A DNA stretch of 64,000 nucleotides from Patescibacteria group bacterium (lineage in GTDB: Bacteria > Patescibacteriota > UBA1384 > 2-12-FULL-50-11): NCBI GenBank assembly GCA_016861245.1, contig BOKZ01000001.1, positions 615,006-679,005 on the forward strand, in the 5' to 3' direction. This document shows, piece by piece, positions 9,387-18,819 of this stretch. The notes beneath the pieces are model-generated. The model made no database searches. It saw only the letters and a list, made by a program, of their open reading frames with translations, and had not been told where the DNA came from. How positions within the stretch are numbered: position 1 is the first letter of the stretch; every line of letters starts with the position of its first letter. The translations under genes were made by a program, and so were the position numbers.

Positions 9387-10717
9387 TGAGTTATCTTTCG
9401 TTGGCGCTCCTTGGTATTAGTAGAGTACTAGTTCGGCGGAATCGAACGGTGAGCGTGCTCAATATTATTTTAACGCTGATAATACTTGCTGTTTGGGCAG
9501 CGATTATTTGGTTTATCCGTGCTGAGTACAACGGAGCGTTAGTTCTACAACTAACAGTGTTAGTACAGGTACTTTCAGTCTCCGCGCTCGTCATCTTTTC
9601 CTCCTCGGCCATTTGGCAAAAGTACTTTTCAAGACAAACGATCGCTTGGTTAGAAGCGATGCCAGCGTTAGTATTTGGCTCGATCATCTCGATAGTTACG
9701 CTGGTACCGTACTACTTGGCGTACACCTCACTGAGCAGTAACCCGTATATACTCCTGCGCTTAGTTTCGATCACACTGCTCTGTATATCCTGGGGAGTTA
9801 TCGCCGCCTCGATCGGTTTATTTATACAAAAGACTACCGCCTCCGTACTGGCCCGCGCATTACTCTATATTGCTGCTTGCGCTGGAGTATTCTACTTAGT
9901 TTCGTCGGAAATTTTCACCGTTATTAGTACTGGCCTACAAGCCAGTACGATTAATACAGCTATTACAGCTACGCTACTAACCGTTGGGCTATGCGGGTTC
10001 TCGATCGCATTGCTTGAAGTAGTATCAAGTATCCCCGATAGATTCCACCGCGCGTATCGGTATTCTGGGCTACTTACTTCCTTTAGGATATTTGGTATTA
10101 GTGGCGACCAACGAAGCGTTCAAATTACAAACGCGGTCTTACACTGGTTGCGCAGTACCTCAAATCAATATCGTTTAGCGGCGCTACTATTAGTGCTCTA
10201 CGGCATCAACAAAATATATCAGGCTACAGAGTTAATCGACCAACGCGGCTCGATACTACTGTTAGGGGCTGTAATCTGTGCGTTTACCGCCACGATTAGT
10301 TTTACTGCTACAACTCGCTCGCAATTGCAGCGATATCACTGGTTACCCTTAACAAAAAACTCGGCCGCTACCAGCGATTGGTTAGCAGGAGTACTAATTT
10401 ACGCGCTGACGCTTGCGGTGTTCTACTGGTTTTCGACAAATATCTCGCTATCAGTTTTTGGGACAATCGCAGCGGTGGCATTAATAACGCATACTATTAC
10501 CGTTGGGGTGGTTTACAACTTGAGCAGAGTGCACCAACATTTTACTGATCGTTTAACTCCCTTGATTATCGGCAGCGCCTTACTCGGTCTAACACCTGGG
10601 TTATTCTTCCAGATCGTACCAACGGACATCACCTATGCTGTACTTGGACTTTGGCTACTTTCGACATTGGTATTTTTTCGTTTCGTCAATCGAGAGAATC
10701 AGCTTTCTGTACGTTAA
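9386..10717 (+). CDS. Polytopic membrane protein, probable ABC permease
   Basis: About 12 hydrophobic segments; start overlaps the ATPase stop. Confidence 0.65.
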   Translation: MSYLSLALLGISRVLVRRNRTVSVLNIILTLIILAVWAAIIWFIRAEYNGALVLQLTVLVQVLSVSALVIFSSSAIWQKYFSRQTIAWLEAMPALVFGSIISIVTLVPYYLAYTSLSSNPYILLRLVSITLLCISWGVIAASIGLFIQKTTASVLARALLYIAACAGVFYLVSSEIFTVISTGLQASTINTAITATLLTVGLCGFSIALLEVVSSIPDRFHRAYRYSGLLTSFRIFGISGDQRSVQITNAVLHWLRSTSNQYRLAALLLVLYGINKIYQATELIDQRGSILLLGAVICAFTATISFTATTRSQLQRYHWLPLTKNSAATSDWLAGVLIYALTLAVFYWFSTNISLSVFGTIAAVALITHTITVGVVYNLSRVHQHFTDRLTPLIIGSALLGLTPGLFFQIVPTDITYAVLGLWLLSTLVFFRFVNRENQLSVR

Positions 10718-10751
10718 TTCCTTTATTCGACGGCGCTAGTATAATTACAGG

Positions 10752-12113
10752 ATGAAGATTACCGCACCGAGATGGTTATCCGATCTTGCCCAAAACTATT
10801 CAAGTGAGTCTCATCAACTGTTTTTAGTGGGTGGGGCAGTTCGAGACCAGCTATTAGACAAACCGGTGAATGAGTGGGATTGCGCGACCGATGCTTTGCC
10901 CTCAGAAACGGAGCACTTACTACGCAAAGCCGGTGTGAAGGGTATAAACAAAATCGGGGAGCGATTCGGAACTATCGTCGGCAACTACCACGGCGAAGTT
11001 GTTGAGATTACAACCTTTCGAAGCGAGGAATACAGCGAGTATTCACGCAATCCTGAAGTAAAGTTTGGGACAGATATTGAGTCAGATTTAGCCCGGCGAG
11101 ACTTTACGATTAACGCGATCGCATACGATTTACAAAACTCGAAGATTCTCGATCCACATAACGGTGTCGCGGATATAAACAACCGACGAATACACGCAGT
11201 TGGCAGAGCCGTTGATCGGTTTCGCGAAGATCCTCTTAGGATGTTACGCGCTATCCGCTTAGCGGCAGTATTAGGTTTTACTATTAGTCACGAGACGCTC
11301 TCTGCAATTACTACTGAACGCGAACGGTTCAGCTTGTTAACTATCGAGCGAGTTAATCAAGAAGTCTCAAAAATGCTTTTAGCTAAAAGCCCGAGTGCTG
11401 GTATAAAGCTGTTGGTGGAAACCGGACTCATTACCTATATTCTTCCAGAATTATTGCCATCAATTGACCTCGAGTTTGACGCGAAAGAACATAAGGACAT
11501 TTACGCCCATATCTTACAAGTACTAGACAATACTCCGCCGAAACTCGAATTGCGCTGGTGCGCGCTCCTACACGATATCGCCAAGCCGTTAACTCGTAAG
11601 AAAATCGGCGGCGAGTACCACTTTTTAGGCCATGAAGTTGTCGGTGCCCGTATGGCAAAACAAATCCTACGAAGGTTGAAGTACTCAAACGAATTTGTTG
11701 AGTACGTCTCAAAGTTAACGTACTTGCACCAGCGAATTCCAAACGACGACGGCAGCTGGACGGACGGCGCTGTCCGACGGTTTGTACGCGATGCGGGCGA
11801 ATTATTAGAAGACTTATTCATTTTTGCCGAGGCTGATAGTACCGGCAAAAACGAACGCAAATTACAAGAGTACAGGAAAAAACGAGAGAATTTAAAAAAG
11901 CGAATTACCCAACTCGAACAAGAAGCCGAGATCGCTAAAATAAAGAGTCCGCTTTCCGGGGATGAATTGGTTGAGTTATTTCACCGAAAACCAGGGCCTT
12001 GGATTAAACCAATTAAAGACGAGTTACTGCGGATGGTGCTAGATAACGAACTTCACGCTGAAGATAAAAAAAAGGCCGTCGAGATTGCTCGACGGCTCGC
12101 CCCAAAGGGCTAG
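10752..12113 (+). CDS. cca: CCA tRNA nucleotidyltransferase with HD domain
   Basis: LVGGAVRD, RRDFTINA, EDPLRMLRA, LLHDIAK. Confidence 0.9.
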   Translation: MKITAPRWLSDLAQNYSSESHQLFLVGGAVRDQLLDKPVNEWDCATDALPSETEHLLRKAGVKGINKIGERFGTIVGNYHGEVVEITTFRSEEYSEYSRNPEVKFGTDIESDLARRDFTINAIAYDLQNSKILDPHNGVADINNRRIHAVGRAVDRFREDPLRMLRAIRLAAVLGFTISHETLSAITTERERFSLLTIERVNQEVSKMLLAKSPSAGIKLLVETGLITYILPELLPSIDLEFDAKEHKDIYAHILQVLDNTPPKLELRWCALLHDIAKPLTRKKIGGEYHFLGHEVVGARMAKQILRRLKYSNEFVEYVSKLTYLHQRIPNDDGSWTDGAVRRFVRDAGELLEDLFIFAEADSTGKNERKLQEYRKKRENLKKRITQLEQEAEIAKIKSPLSGDELVELFHRKPGPWIKPIKDELLRMVLDNELHAEDKKKAVEIARRLAPKG

Positions 12114-12526
12114 GGGTTCATCACAGCAGCGACAGCACTCTGCAGGAACGCTCCTGCCTGGGGCACTGCCGCCCTGTTGAGTGTTTCGGCCACCTCTAGA
12201 TTGAAGTGCCCAATTGTTAAGGCACCGCATACCCTTGAGTGTGGGAAATCTCCCACACGATCCAAGTACTCCTCCGATGGCAGGCGCACGTAACAGCGAT
12301 CCTGCACATCGGAGAGTGCCTTGAGCGTTGGCTGAAGCGTCGGCAGTCCTCGGCGAGGGACGAAGATTGTCACCATCGCAGTCGGATGCTGTTTGGCTAG
12401 CTGTGCAAGCTCGCCACCCTCGAGACAGGTGATGATCGCACGATCGTTGCCGATAACCGGTCGATCAAAGACTTTGCGTCCTCCAATCTGGAGGTCTTTT
12501 CCTGCGATAATAGCGCTAATGTTCAT
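12110..12526 (-). CDS. Hypothetical protein
   Basis: GGGAGG RBS and TATGAT promoter; no recognised family. Confidence 0.5.
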   Translation of the reverse strand: MNISAIIAGKDLQIGGRKVFDRPVIGNDRAIITCLEGGELAQLAKQHPTAMVTIFVPRRGLPTLQPTLKALSDVQDRCYVRLPSEEYLDRVGDFPHSRVCGALTIGHFNLEVAETLNRAAVPQAGAFLQSAVAAVMNP

Positions 12527-12626
12527 ATTCCTCCCGGTACTCGAAGTACCTGTGCAAAAATCATACAGTTTTTAACCAAAAAGTCACTAGTATTGGCACC
12601 TATTTTTGGTTCAGGTATGGTAAGTA

Positions 12627-13736
12627 TTGTTAAGGAGGGAAGTGAGCCGAATTTCATTATTTTTTCAAAACAATCGTAAGAAGTTACTTATCGTCGGACC
12701 AGTAATAGGAATACTGTTATTTGGTGCGATTGTGGCTGGGTATCGATATTTCGTACCAGCACCAACAGAAGAACCGAAGCCAGTCGTTCAGGAAAAACCA
12801 GCACCAACAACAGCACCGAGCTTATTTACTGGATTAGAGGTAAAAATTGGTGAGGAGAATCGTCGATCGGTAGCTGCGATGATCGAAAATTCGCAGGCAG
12901 CTCGTCCGCAGGTTGGTTTAACGAGCGCTGATATCGTTTACGAAGCAGTTTCTGAAGGCGGAATTACTCGTTTTGTAGCGATATATTCGAGTAGTTACCC
13001 AGAGAAAGCTGGTCCAATTCGATCGGCGCGTAGTTACTTTATAGATTGGTTGAGCGAGTACGATTCGATGTACGTCCACGCTGGCGGCTCACCAACAGCT
13101 TTGTCCAGAATTGGGCAGTACGCGATCAAAGATTACCCTCACAGCAACGACGGCACCTACGTACGCGAGCCGCAGCGAGGCGTTGCTTCTGAACACACGT
13201 TGTTTGCTAATATTTTAAAGATTTATCAAAATGGAACTGGCAAAAAAGGTTGGTCGGCAACGCATGATTTTGCAAGTTGGAAGTTTAAGAAGCCGACCAC
13301 TCCAACGGGCGGGGGATCCATCACAGTTGACTTCTCAACAGCCCCGTTCAAGGTTGTTTGGGATTTTGATATTGCAACTAACAAATGGTCGCGAACGATG
13401 GCTGGTCTTCCCCATAAAGATCGGTTAAGCGGCGAGCAAATTACCGCCACCAACGTTGTTGTTATTACTGTCCAACGCTCTGCCAACGCTCCATACAGTG
13501 GAACAGGCAAAGAATCTGAGTGGACGATGCAGACGATCGGTTCTGGTGTTGCTTCGGTGTTTCGCGACGGTACTCGTATCGATGGCACTTGGAAAAAGCC
13601 AAGCAGGACTGAAAGAACCAGGTTTTACGACGCGGCAGGAGCGGAGATAGAGCTTAACCAAGGAAAAACATGGGTTGAAGTTCTGCCGCAAACAGGAGCG
13701 CTAACTTTTGTGCCAACTACAACTCCAACTCAATAA
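12627..13736 (+). CDS. DUF3048 (YerB-like) membrane-anchored protein
   Basis: MIENS..ARPQ.GL..ADIVYE...EGGITRF, GPIRSAR. Confidence 0.85.
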   Translation: MLRREVSRISLFFQNNRKKLLIVGPVIGILLFGAIVAGYRYFVPAPTEEPKPVVQEKPAPTTAPSLFTGLEVKIGEENRRSVAAMIENSQAARPQVGLTSADIVYEAVSEGGITRFVAIYSSSYPEKAGPIRSARSYFIDWLSEYDSMYVHAGGSPTALSRIGQYAIKDYPHSNDGTYVREPQRGVASEHTLFANILKIYQNGTGKKGWSATHDFASWKFKKPTTPTGGGSITVDFSTAPFKVVWDFDIATNKWSRTMAGLPHKDRLSGEQITATNVVVITVQRSANAPYSGTGKESEWTMQTIGSGVASVFRDGTRIDGTWKKPSRTERTRFYDAAGAEIELNQGKTWVEVLPQTGALTFVPTTTPTQ

Positions 13737-13749
13737 ACAAAGTGCAAAA

Positions 13750-13778
13750 CAAAAAGGACTCAGATGAGTCCTTTTTGC
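13750..13778. terminator. Bidirectional intrinsic terminator
   Basis: AAAAAGGACTCagatGAGTCCTTTTT between convergent genes. Confidence 0.8.
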
Positions 13779-13784
13779 GAAGGT

Positions 13785-14480
13785 TTAACCTTCGATACTG
13801 TTCGCGATCCCGATAACCTTATTCACGTAGCTCATCGAGTAGTTATAACGCAGTAAAGCGTTCGTAACGTTACCCGAGGCAGCACCGTTGGCTGCAAGGA
13901 GCTTCGCGGCACCAAACAAACAGTCTGGTGCGTAGGTGCTATCTTTGATACCGTCGCCGTTACCGTCTTGAGCGTAAGCTCGCCACGTTCCCGGCATAAA
14001 CTGACACGGACCCTGGGCACCGGCGTACGAACGAATCGTTGTATGCCAGCGCTTACCAGACTCCACCTGCCAGACAGCTTCGAGAATTTTCCAGTCAATT
14101 CCGTAAGCGCTCGCGGCTTTTTGAGCCCACAGACGCTTAACAGCTAGACCAGGATCAGCCTCACTTACCGTTTTTGGTGTAACAGATGTTGCTACAACGG
14201 CTGTTTTCGGCTTCTCTGCAGCTTTAACTGTCGGTAACTCCAATGTTTTCGGTTGAACCACGACGATTTCAGCGGTTAAAGGCTGAAGTTTCGATTCGAT
14301 TACAACCGGTGTTGATACTTGCGTATCAGCGGATTCACCAGCAGTTGGCATCACTAACGGAACAACCATTAAAAGCGCTCCGAGATAGCGAAGATCAAAC
14401 GACTTGTTAACAGTGCGTACCACCCTCCTGCAACTCTTGCGAAATTGGGCAAGAGTACAAGGAATGTAAATTGTACTCAA
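13785..14480 (-). CDS. Lytic transglycosylase (SLT/lysozyme-like)
   Basis: ILEAVWQVES, GAQGPCQFMPGTW, ALLRYN; TTG start with AAGGAG. Confidence 0.85.
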   Translation of the reverse strand: MSTIYIPCTLAQFRKSCRRVVRTVNKSFDLRYLGALLMVVPLVMPTAGESADTQVSTPVVIESKLQPLTAEIVVVQPKTLELPTVKAAEKPKTAVVATSVTPKTVSEADPGLAVKRLWAQKAASAYGIDWKILEAVWQVESGKRWHTTIRSYAGAQGPCQFMPGTWRAYAQDGNGDGIKDSTYAPDCLFGAAKLLAANGAASGNVTNALLRYNYSMSYVNKVIGIANSIEG

Positions 14481-14657
14481 CTCCTTACTTGTTTCCGCCG
14501 TGAGGCGGCCTTCTCGGTTACGTTACCAGCGCTAGTTACCTAGCGACTAACGAATAACTTCCCAAAAGAAGTGTTGGTACCTTACCATATCTGAACCAGA
14601 AAGTCAACCAGTTAACACCGTATTGCGAGCTGGGAAAATACAAGTAACAATACCGGT

Positions 14658-14990
14658 ATGAACAACTGTTTATTCTGCAAAATTGTGATCGGAACGATAC
14701 ACTCGAATAAAGTTATAGAGACCGCCCACTCGTACGCATTTCACGACATTCACCCCAAAGCTCCGACACACGTATTAATTATTCCTAAGCGACACGTCGA
14801 ACGGCCAGAGGAACTAAGGCCGGAAGAGATCGCAGACATGCTCGCCTGCAGCGAAGAAATTGCTCAGATCACTGGAGTCAAGGAGAGCGGTTACAGGTTA
14901 CTATTTAACGTTGGGGCGCATGCCGGCCAAGAGATCGATCACGTACACCTACACATACTCGGAGGTGCGAGCGCGAAGGCGATGTACTAG
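14658..14990 (+). CDS. HIT family (Hint) protein
   Basis: CLFCKI, HVHLHILGG. Confidence 0.92.
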   Translation: MNNCLFCKIVIGTIHSNKVIETAHSYAFHDIHPKAPTHVLIIPKRHVERPEELRPEEIADMLACSEEIAQITGVKESGYRLLFNVGAHAGQEIDHVHLHILGGASAKAMY

Positions 14991-15026
14991 TTAACATCTG
15001 TCAAAAATAGTGCTAAAATTTCACTA

Positions 15027-15233
15027 ATGTCTGACAATTATTCACCCCGAGAACGCGAAGGCGCACCATCAGTCGAAGTTGTACTTCGCCGCTTTTTCCG
15101 TGACGTCCAACAGTCTGATCTTATGACTGAGATTAAGCGCCGCCGCTACTTTGAGAAATCGCCGTCGCGAAATGCGCGTCGAGCGGCTGCACACGGCAAA
15201 GAAACTCGCCGCCGAGCTAAGCGCGGGTACTAA
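15027..15233 (+). CDS. rpsU: 30S ribosomal protein S21
   Basis: VLRRF...V...EIKRRRYFEKSPS; syntenic with yqeY. Confidence 0.75.
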   Translation: MSDNYSPREREGAPSVEVVLRRFFRDVQQSDLMTEIKRRRYFEKSPSRNARRAAAHGKETRRRAKRGY

Positions 15234-15685
15234 TGAATCTAACTAGTCAAATTGAAGCCGATCTTACCGAAGCACTTCGAGAGAAAAACGAAGTCAAGAA
15301 AACAGTATTGCGCTCGTTGAAAAGCGCTCTCAAAAACGCGTCGATCGAAAAAAACCAAGCAGTGTTAAGCGAAGAGGAAGAGCTTCAAGTTATAGCCCGA
15401 GAAATTAAGCGTCGTAAGGAAGCGATCGCAGCCTACGAAAGCGCAAACAAACCAGAATTAATGGCCGATGAGCAAGCAGAACTTGAAATTCTTTCGGTAT
15501 ATCTACCGGCGCAGTTAAACGAAGACGAGATCCGCCGTGAAGTTCAGGAAGTACTTAATTCCGGTAGTTATTCGCTATCAACGATGGGTCAAGCAATGGG
15601 AGCCGTTAGTCAAAAACTCAAAGGCAAGGCCGATATGTCGGCTGTTTCGCAAATTGTTCGAGACGAACTGACAAAGCTCGGTTGA
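15233..15685 (+). CDS. yqeY: GatB/YqeY domain protein
   Basis: REIKRRKEAI..Y, E.EIL..YLP.QL, MG.AMG. Confidence 0.88.
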   Translation: MNLTSQIEADLTEALREKNEVKKTVLRSLKSALKNASIEKNQAVLSEEEELQVIAREIKRRKEAIAAYESANKPELMADEQAELEILSVYLPAQLNEDEIRREVQEVLNSGSYSLSTMGQAMGAVSQKLKGKADMSAVSQIVRDELTKLG

Positions 15686-15688
15686 GCT

Positions 15689-16075
15689 ATGACTTATAAC
15701 GTCCGTGTTACTGTTATCAACGAAACAGAACTGATTGTCGCCGAGGAGGTATTTTCTCAGGTAATTTCGCGGATCGTTAATCGCTTGCGACCAGTTAAAG
15801 CCGTTGATACAGTGGGAGTTGAGATAGTATTGGTGGGGGATCAAAAAATACAAACATTAAATAAGCAGTATCTACACAACGATTACCCGACCGACGTTCT
15901 CAGCTTTCCGCCGTCTGAGCGTTCTATCGAGCAAGCTCAAACACTCGGTAGTATAGTCATCTCAATCGACACCGCCGCTAAACAGTCGAAACAAGCTGGT
16001 GTGGCGATCGAGAAAGAGCTGGAGGTACTAACCGGTCACGGTTTATTACATTTACTAGAGTTCCACCACAAATAA
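15689..16075 (+). CDS. ybeY: rRNA maturation RNase YbeY
   Basis: PTDVLSF, HGLLHLL.FHH. Confidence 0.9.
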   Translation: MTYNVRVTVINETELIVAEEVFSQVISRIVNRLRPVKAVDTVGVEIVLVGDQKIQTLNKQYLHNDYPTDVLSFPPSERSIEQAQTLGSIVISIDTAAKQSKQAGVAIEKELEVLTGHGLLHLLEFHHK

Positions 16076-16090
16076 TGAAATGCGAGGGGA

Positions 16091-17329
16091 ATGCCACGAG
16101 ATAACTTGTTAGTCGGATTAGATATTGGGACCTCAAAAGTAGCTGCTTGCGTCGGTGTAATTAACGAAAACGAAATCCAGATCGTCGGACTCTCCGCTGT
16201 AGCCCATAGCGGACTACGTAAAGGGGTGATCACTGATTTAGAAGAAACGGTGAGCGCTGTTTCCCAGGTACTCGAAGACGTCGAACGGATGGTCGGCTCT
16301 CCGATTACACACTGCTACGTGTCAGTTGCCGGACCTTCGATCGAATCGTTCCCAGCAAAAGGCGTGGTGGCGGTCTCGAAGCCAAACGGCGAGATCGATC
16401 ATAGCGACGTCGAGCGAGTAATCGACGCCGCTCGAACTGCGACGCTACCACAGAACCGGGAACTGCTCCATTTGTTTCCAGAGCGTTATTTTGTTGACGG
16501 TCAGAACCAAGAGCGCGATCCAGTTGGTATGAACGGCATTCGTCTCGAGGTTGAAGCGCTCCTGATTAGCGCCACCGCAGCCGCTTCAAGAAACTTAACA
16601 AAAACCATCTACCAAGCCGGCTTAGAGCTAGACGGTGTTGTATTCGGCCCGTTAGCCTCAGCCAAGTTATTAACTAATAAAAAACAGCGTGAGAGCGGGG
16701 TAGCGTTAGTAGATATCGGCGCCGGCTCAACCGATTTAGTTATTTACGAAGAAGGGCAGTTGATTCACGCAGCATCTTTACCAGTTGGATCGATGCACAT
16801 CACTAACGATATCGCGATCGGCCTACGAACGAACTTGGACGTCGCTGAAGCGATAAAGCTGCGTTACGGCAGCGTACTAAAGGAAAAAATCCGCGAGAGC
16901 GAGACGATAAATCTATCTAGTTTCGACCCAGGCGAGTCGGATAAAGTAACTCGGAAGCAAGTTGCGGAGATAGTAGATGCCAGAGCGGCCGAGATTTTTC
17001 ATTTACTAAAAGAGGAGCTGCAAAAAGTCGGTAAAGACGGCCTATTACCGGCCGGAGTAATCTTTACCGGCGGCGGCAGCGATTTGGAGGGTCTCACAGA
17101 ATTAGCCCGTTCAACACTACGATTACCGGCCACGATCGGCTTTCCGGTAGTGACAGTTTCGGGTATGATTGACAAGATCGATAGTCCGATATACGCTACC
17201 AGCGTCGGACTTGTCCTCTGGGCTTCAGAAGAAACCGGAGGCAAAGATGCACCTTGGCGGCTCGATTTAGGAAAATTTGGGGGGGTAGTTGACCGTTTTC
17301 GAGGAATTTTTAAGAATTTTACAAACTAG
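16091..17329 (+). CDS. ftsA: Cell division protein FtsA
   Basis: GLDIGTSK, VDIGAGST, TGGGS. Confidence 0.95.
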   Translation: MPRDNLLVGLDIGTSKVAACVGVINENEIQIVGLSAVAHSGLRKGVITDLEETVSAVSQVLEDVERMVGSPITHCYVSVAGPSIESFPAKGVVAVSKPNGEIDHSDVERVIDAARTATLPQNRELLHLFPERYFVDGQNQERDPVGMNGIRLEVEALLISATAAASRNLTKTIYQAGLELDGVVFGPLASAKLLTNKKQRESGVALVDIGAGSTDLVIYEEGQLIHAASLPVGSMHITNDIAIGLRTNLDVAEAIKLRYGSVLKEKIRESETINLSSFDPGESDKVTRKQVAEIVDARAAEIFHLLKEELQKVGKDGLLPAGVIFTGGGSDLEGLTELARSTLRLPATIGFPVVTVSGMIDKIDSPIYATSVGLVLWASEETGGKDAPWRLDLGKFGGVVDRFRGIFKNFTN

Positions 17330-17378
17330 AAAACGGGTGAATGTTGACGGTCGCGACATTTCTCGTTAGTGGAGAATA

Positions 17379-18590
17379 ATGGACAGGGAAAGCTTAGACA
17401 CCTTCGCAAATATTAAAGTCTGTGGCGTTGGCGGTTCCGGTGGGAACGCTATCGCCCGAATGATTGCCGCTCGAGTTCGAGGCGTCGAATTTATTGCTAT
17501 TAATACCGACGCGCAAGCGCTGTTAAATAACCCCGCGCCAGTAAAGGTTCAGGTCGGTAAAGAAACTACACGTGGATTAGGCGCTGGTGCCGATACAGAG
17601 GTTGGTCGCAAGAGTGCCGAAGAGAATAAAGACGAAATTTACGAAGTGCTTAAAGGCGCAGATATGGTTTTTGTTACGTTCGGCGCTGGTGGCGGTACCG
17701 GTACGGGTGCGGGACCGATGGTGGCGCAAATCGCTAAAGAACTCGGAGCGCTAACTGTTGGCGTTGTTACTAAACCGTTTAGTTTCGAAGGTTTACGCCG
17801 TAAAAAAATGGCTGAGATCGGTATAGAAGAACTCCGAGACAAAGTCGACACGTTAATTACAATTCCTAACGACCGCTTACTCCAGGTTATCGACAAGAAA
17901 ACGTCGCTACCAGATGCGTTCGGTATCGTCGACGATATCTTACGCCAAGGCGTTCAAGGAATTTCTGATTTAATTATTATTCCTGGAATTATTAACGTTG
18001 ACTTTGCTGACGTTCGAACAATTATGCACGACGCCGGCTCAGCGTTAATGGGAATCGGTCGCGCCAGCGGTGAGAACCGTGCGATCGAGGCCGCTCGTCA
18101 AGCGATCGATTCGCCGCTCCTAGAGCTCTCGATCGATGGCGCTAAAGGCATCCTTTACAACATCACCGGCGGACCAGATATGACGATGTACGAGGTTGAG
18201 GAAGCGTCTAAGGCTATTACTGAAGCAGCAGACCCAGAAGCAAATATCATCTTTGGCGCGATCGTCGACGACGCGATGTCCGGCGAGATTAAGATTACTG
18301 TCATCGCCACTGGGTTCGAAGCTGAACTAGCCAAGCCGCCAACAAAACGCCGCGCTAGCGAAGATATGATCGGATTTGGCGCCCGAGGCAATCAAGTTCA
18401 AAACTCGTCAACGATTCCGTTTTTCGGCTCTCAAAACACTCCGCAACAGCCGTTTACACTCGAACAAGAGCCGATGGATCTGACGCCACGCCGCGAGCGA
18501 ATCACACCACCGCCACCAGCACCGACTAAAGACGAAGAAAAAGACGACGAGCTCGACGTCCCAGCCTTCATCCGTAGAAAATTGAGGTAA
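17379..18590 (+). CDS. ftsZ: Cell division protein FtsZ
   Basis: GGGTGTG tubulin motif; C-terminal DVPAFIR. Confidence 0.97.
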   Translation: MDRESLDTFANIKVCGVGGSGGNAIARMIAARVRGVEFIAINTDAQALLNNPAPVKVQVGKETTRGLGAGADTEVGRKSAEENKDEIYEVLKGADMVFVTFGAGGGTGTGAGPMVAQIAKELGALTVGVVTKPFSFEGLRRKKMAEIGIEELRDKVDTLITIPNDRLLQVIDKKTSLPDAFGIVDDILRQGVQGISDLIIIPGIINVDFADVRTIMHDAGSALMGIGRASGENRAIEAARQAIDSPLLELSIDGAKGILYNITGGPDMTMYEVEEASKAITEAADPEANIIFGAIVDDAMSGEIKITVIATGFEAELAKPPTKRRASEDMIGFGARGNQVQNSSTIPFFGSQNTPQQPFTLEQEPMDLTPRRERITPPPPAPTKDEEKDDELDVPAFIRRKLR

Positions 18591-18819
18591 CTCAATTTTC
18601 GAAGGAACGAGTAAACGCGAGTATTAGACAAAAACTTCGTTAAACCGAACCGATTCCAGGAAATTTCGTTACTACGATCAAGAACCGAACAGTTGTTCGG
18701 CTTTTGTGCGGTTTGCTGCTTGACACAATTAATGACCGATGTGGTAGGGTGAGCAAGATACGGAGGGGTAAGATTTTCCCTGGAATCACTACATATAAGG
18801 TTAATTTGGAGGATGAGGG

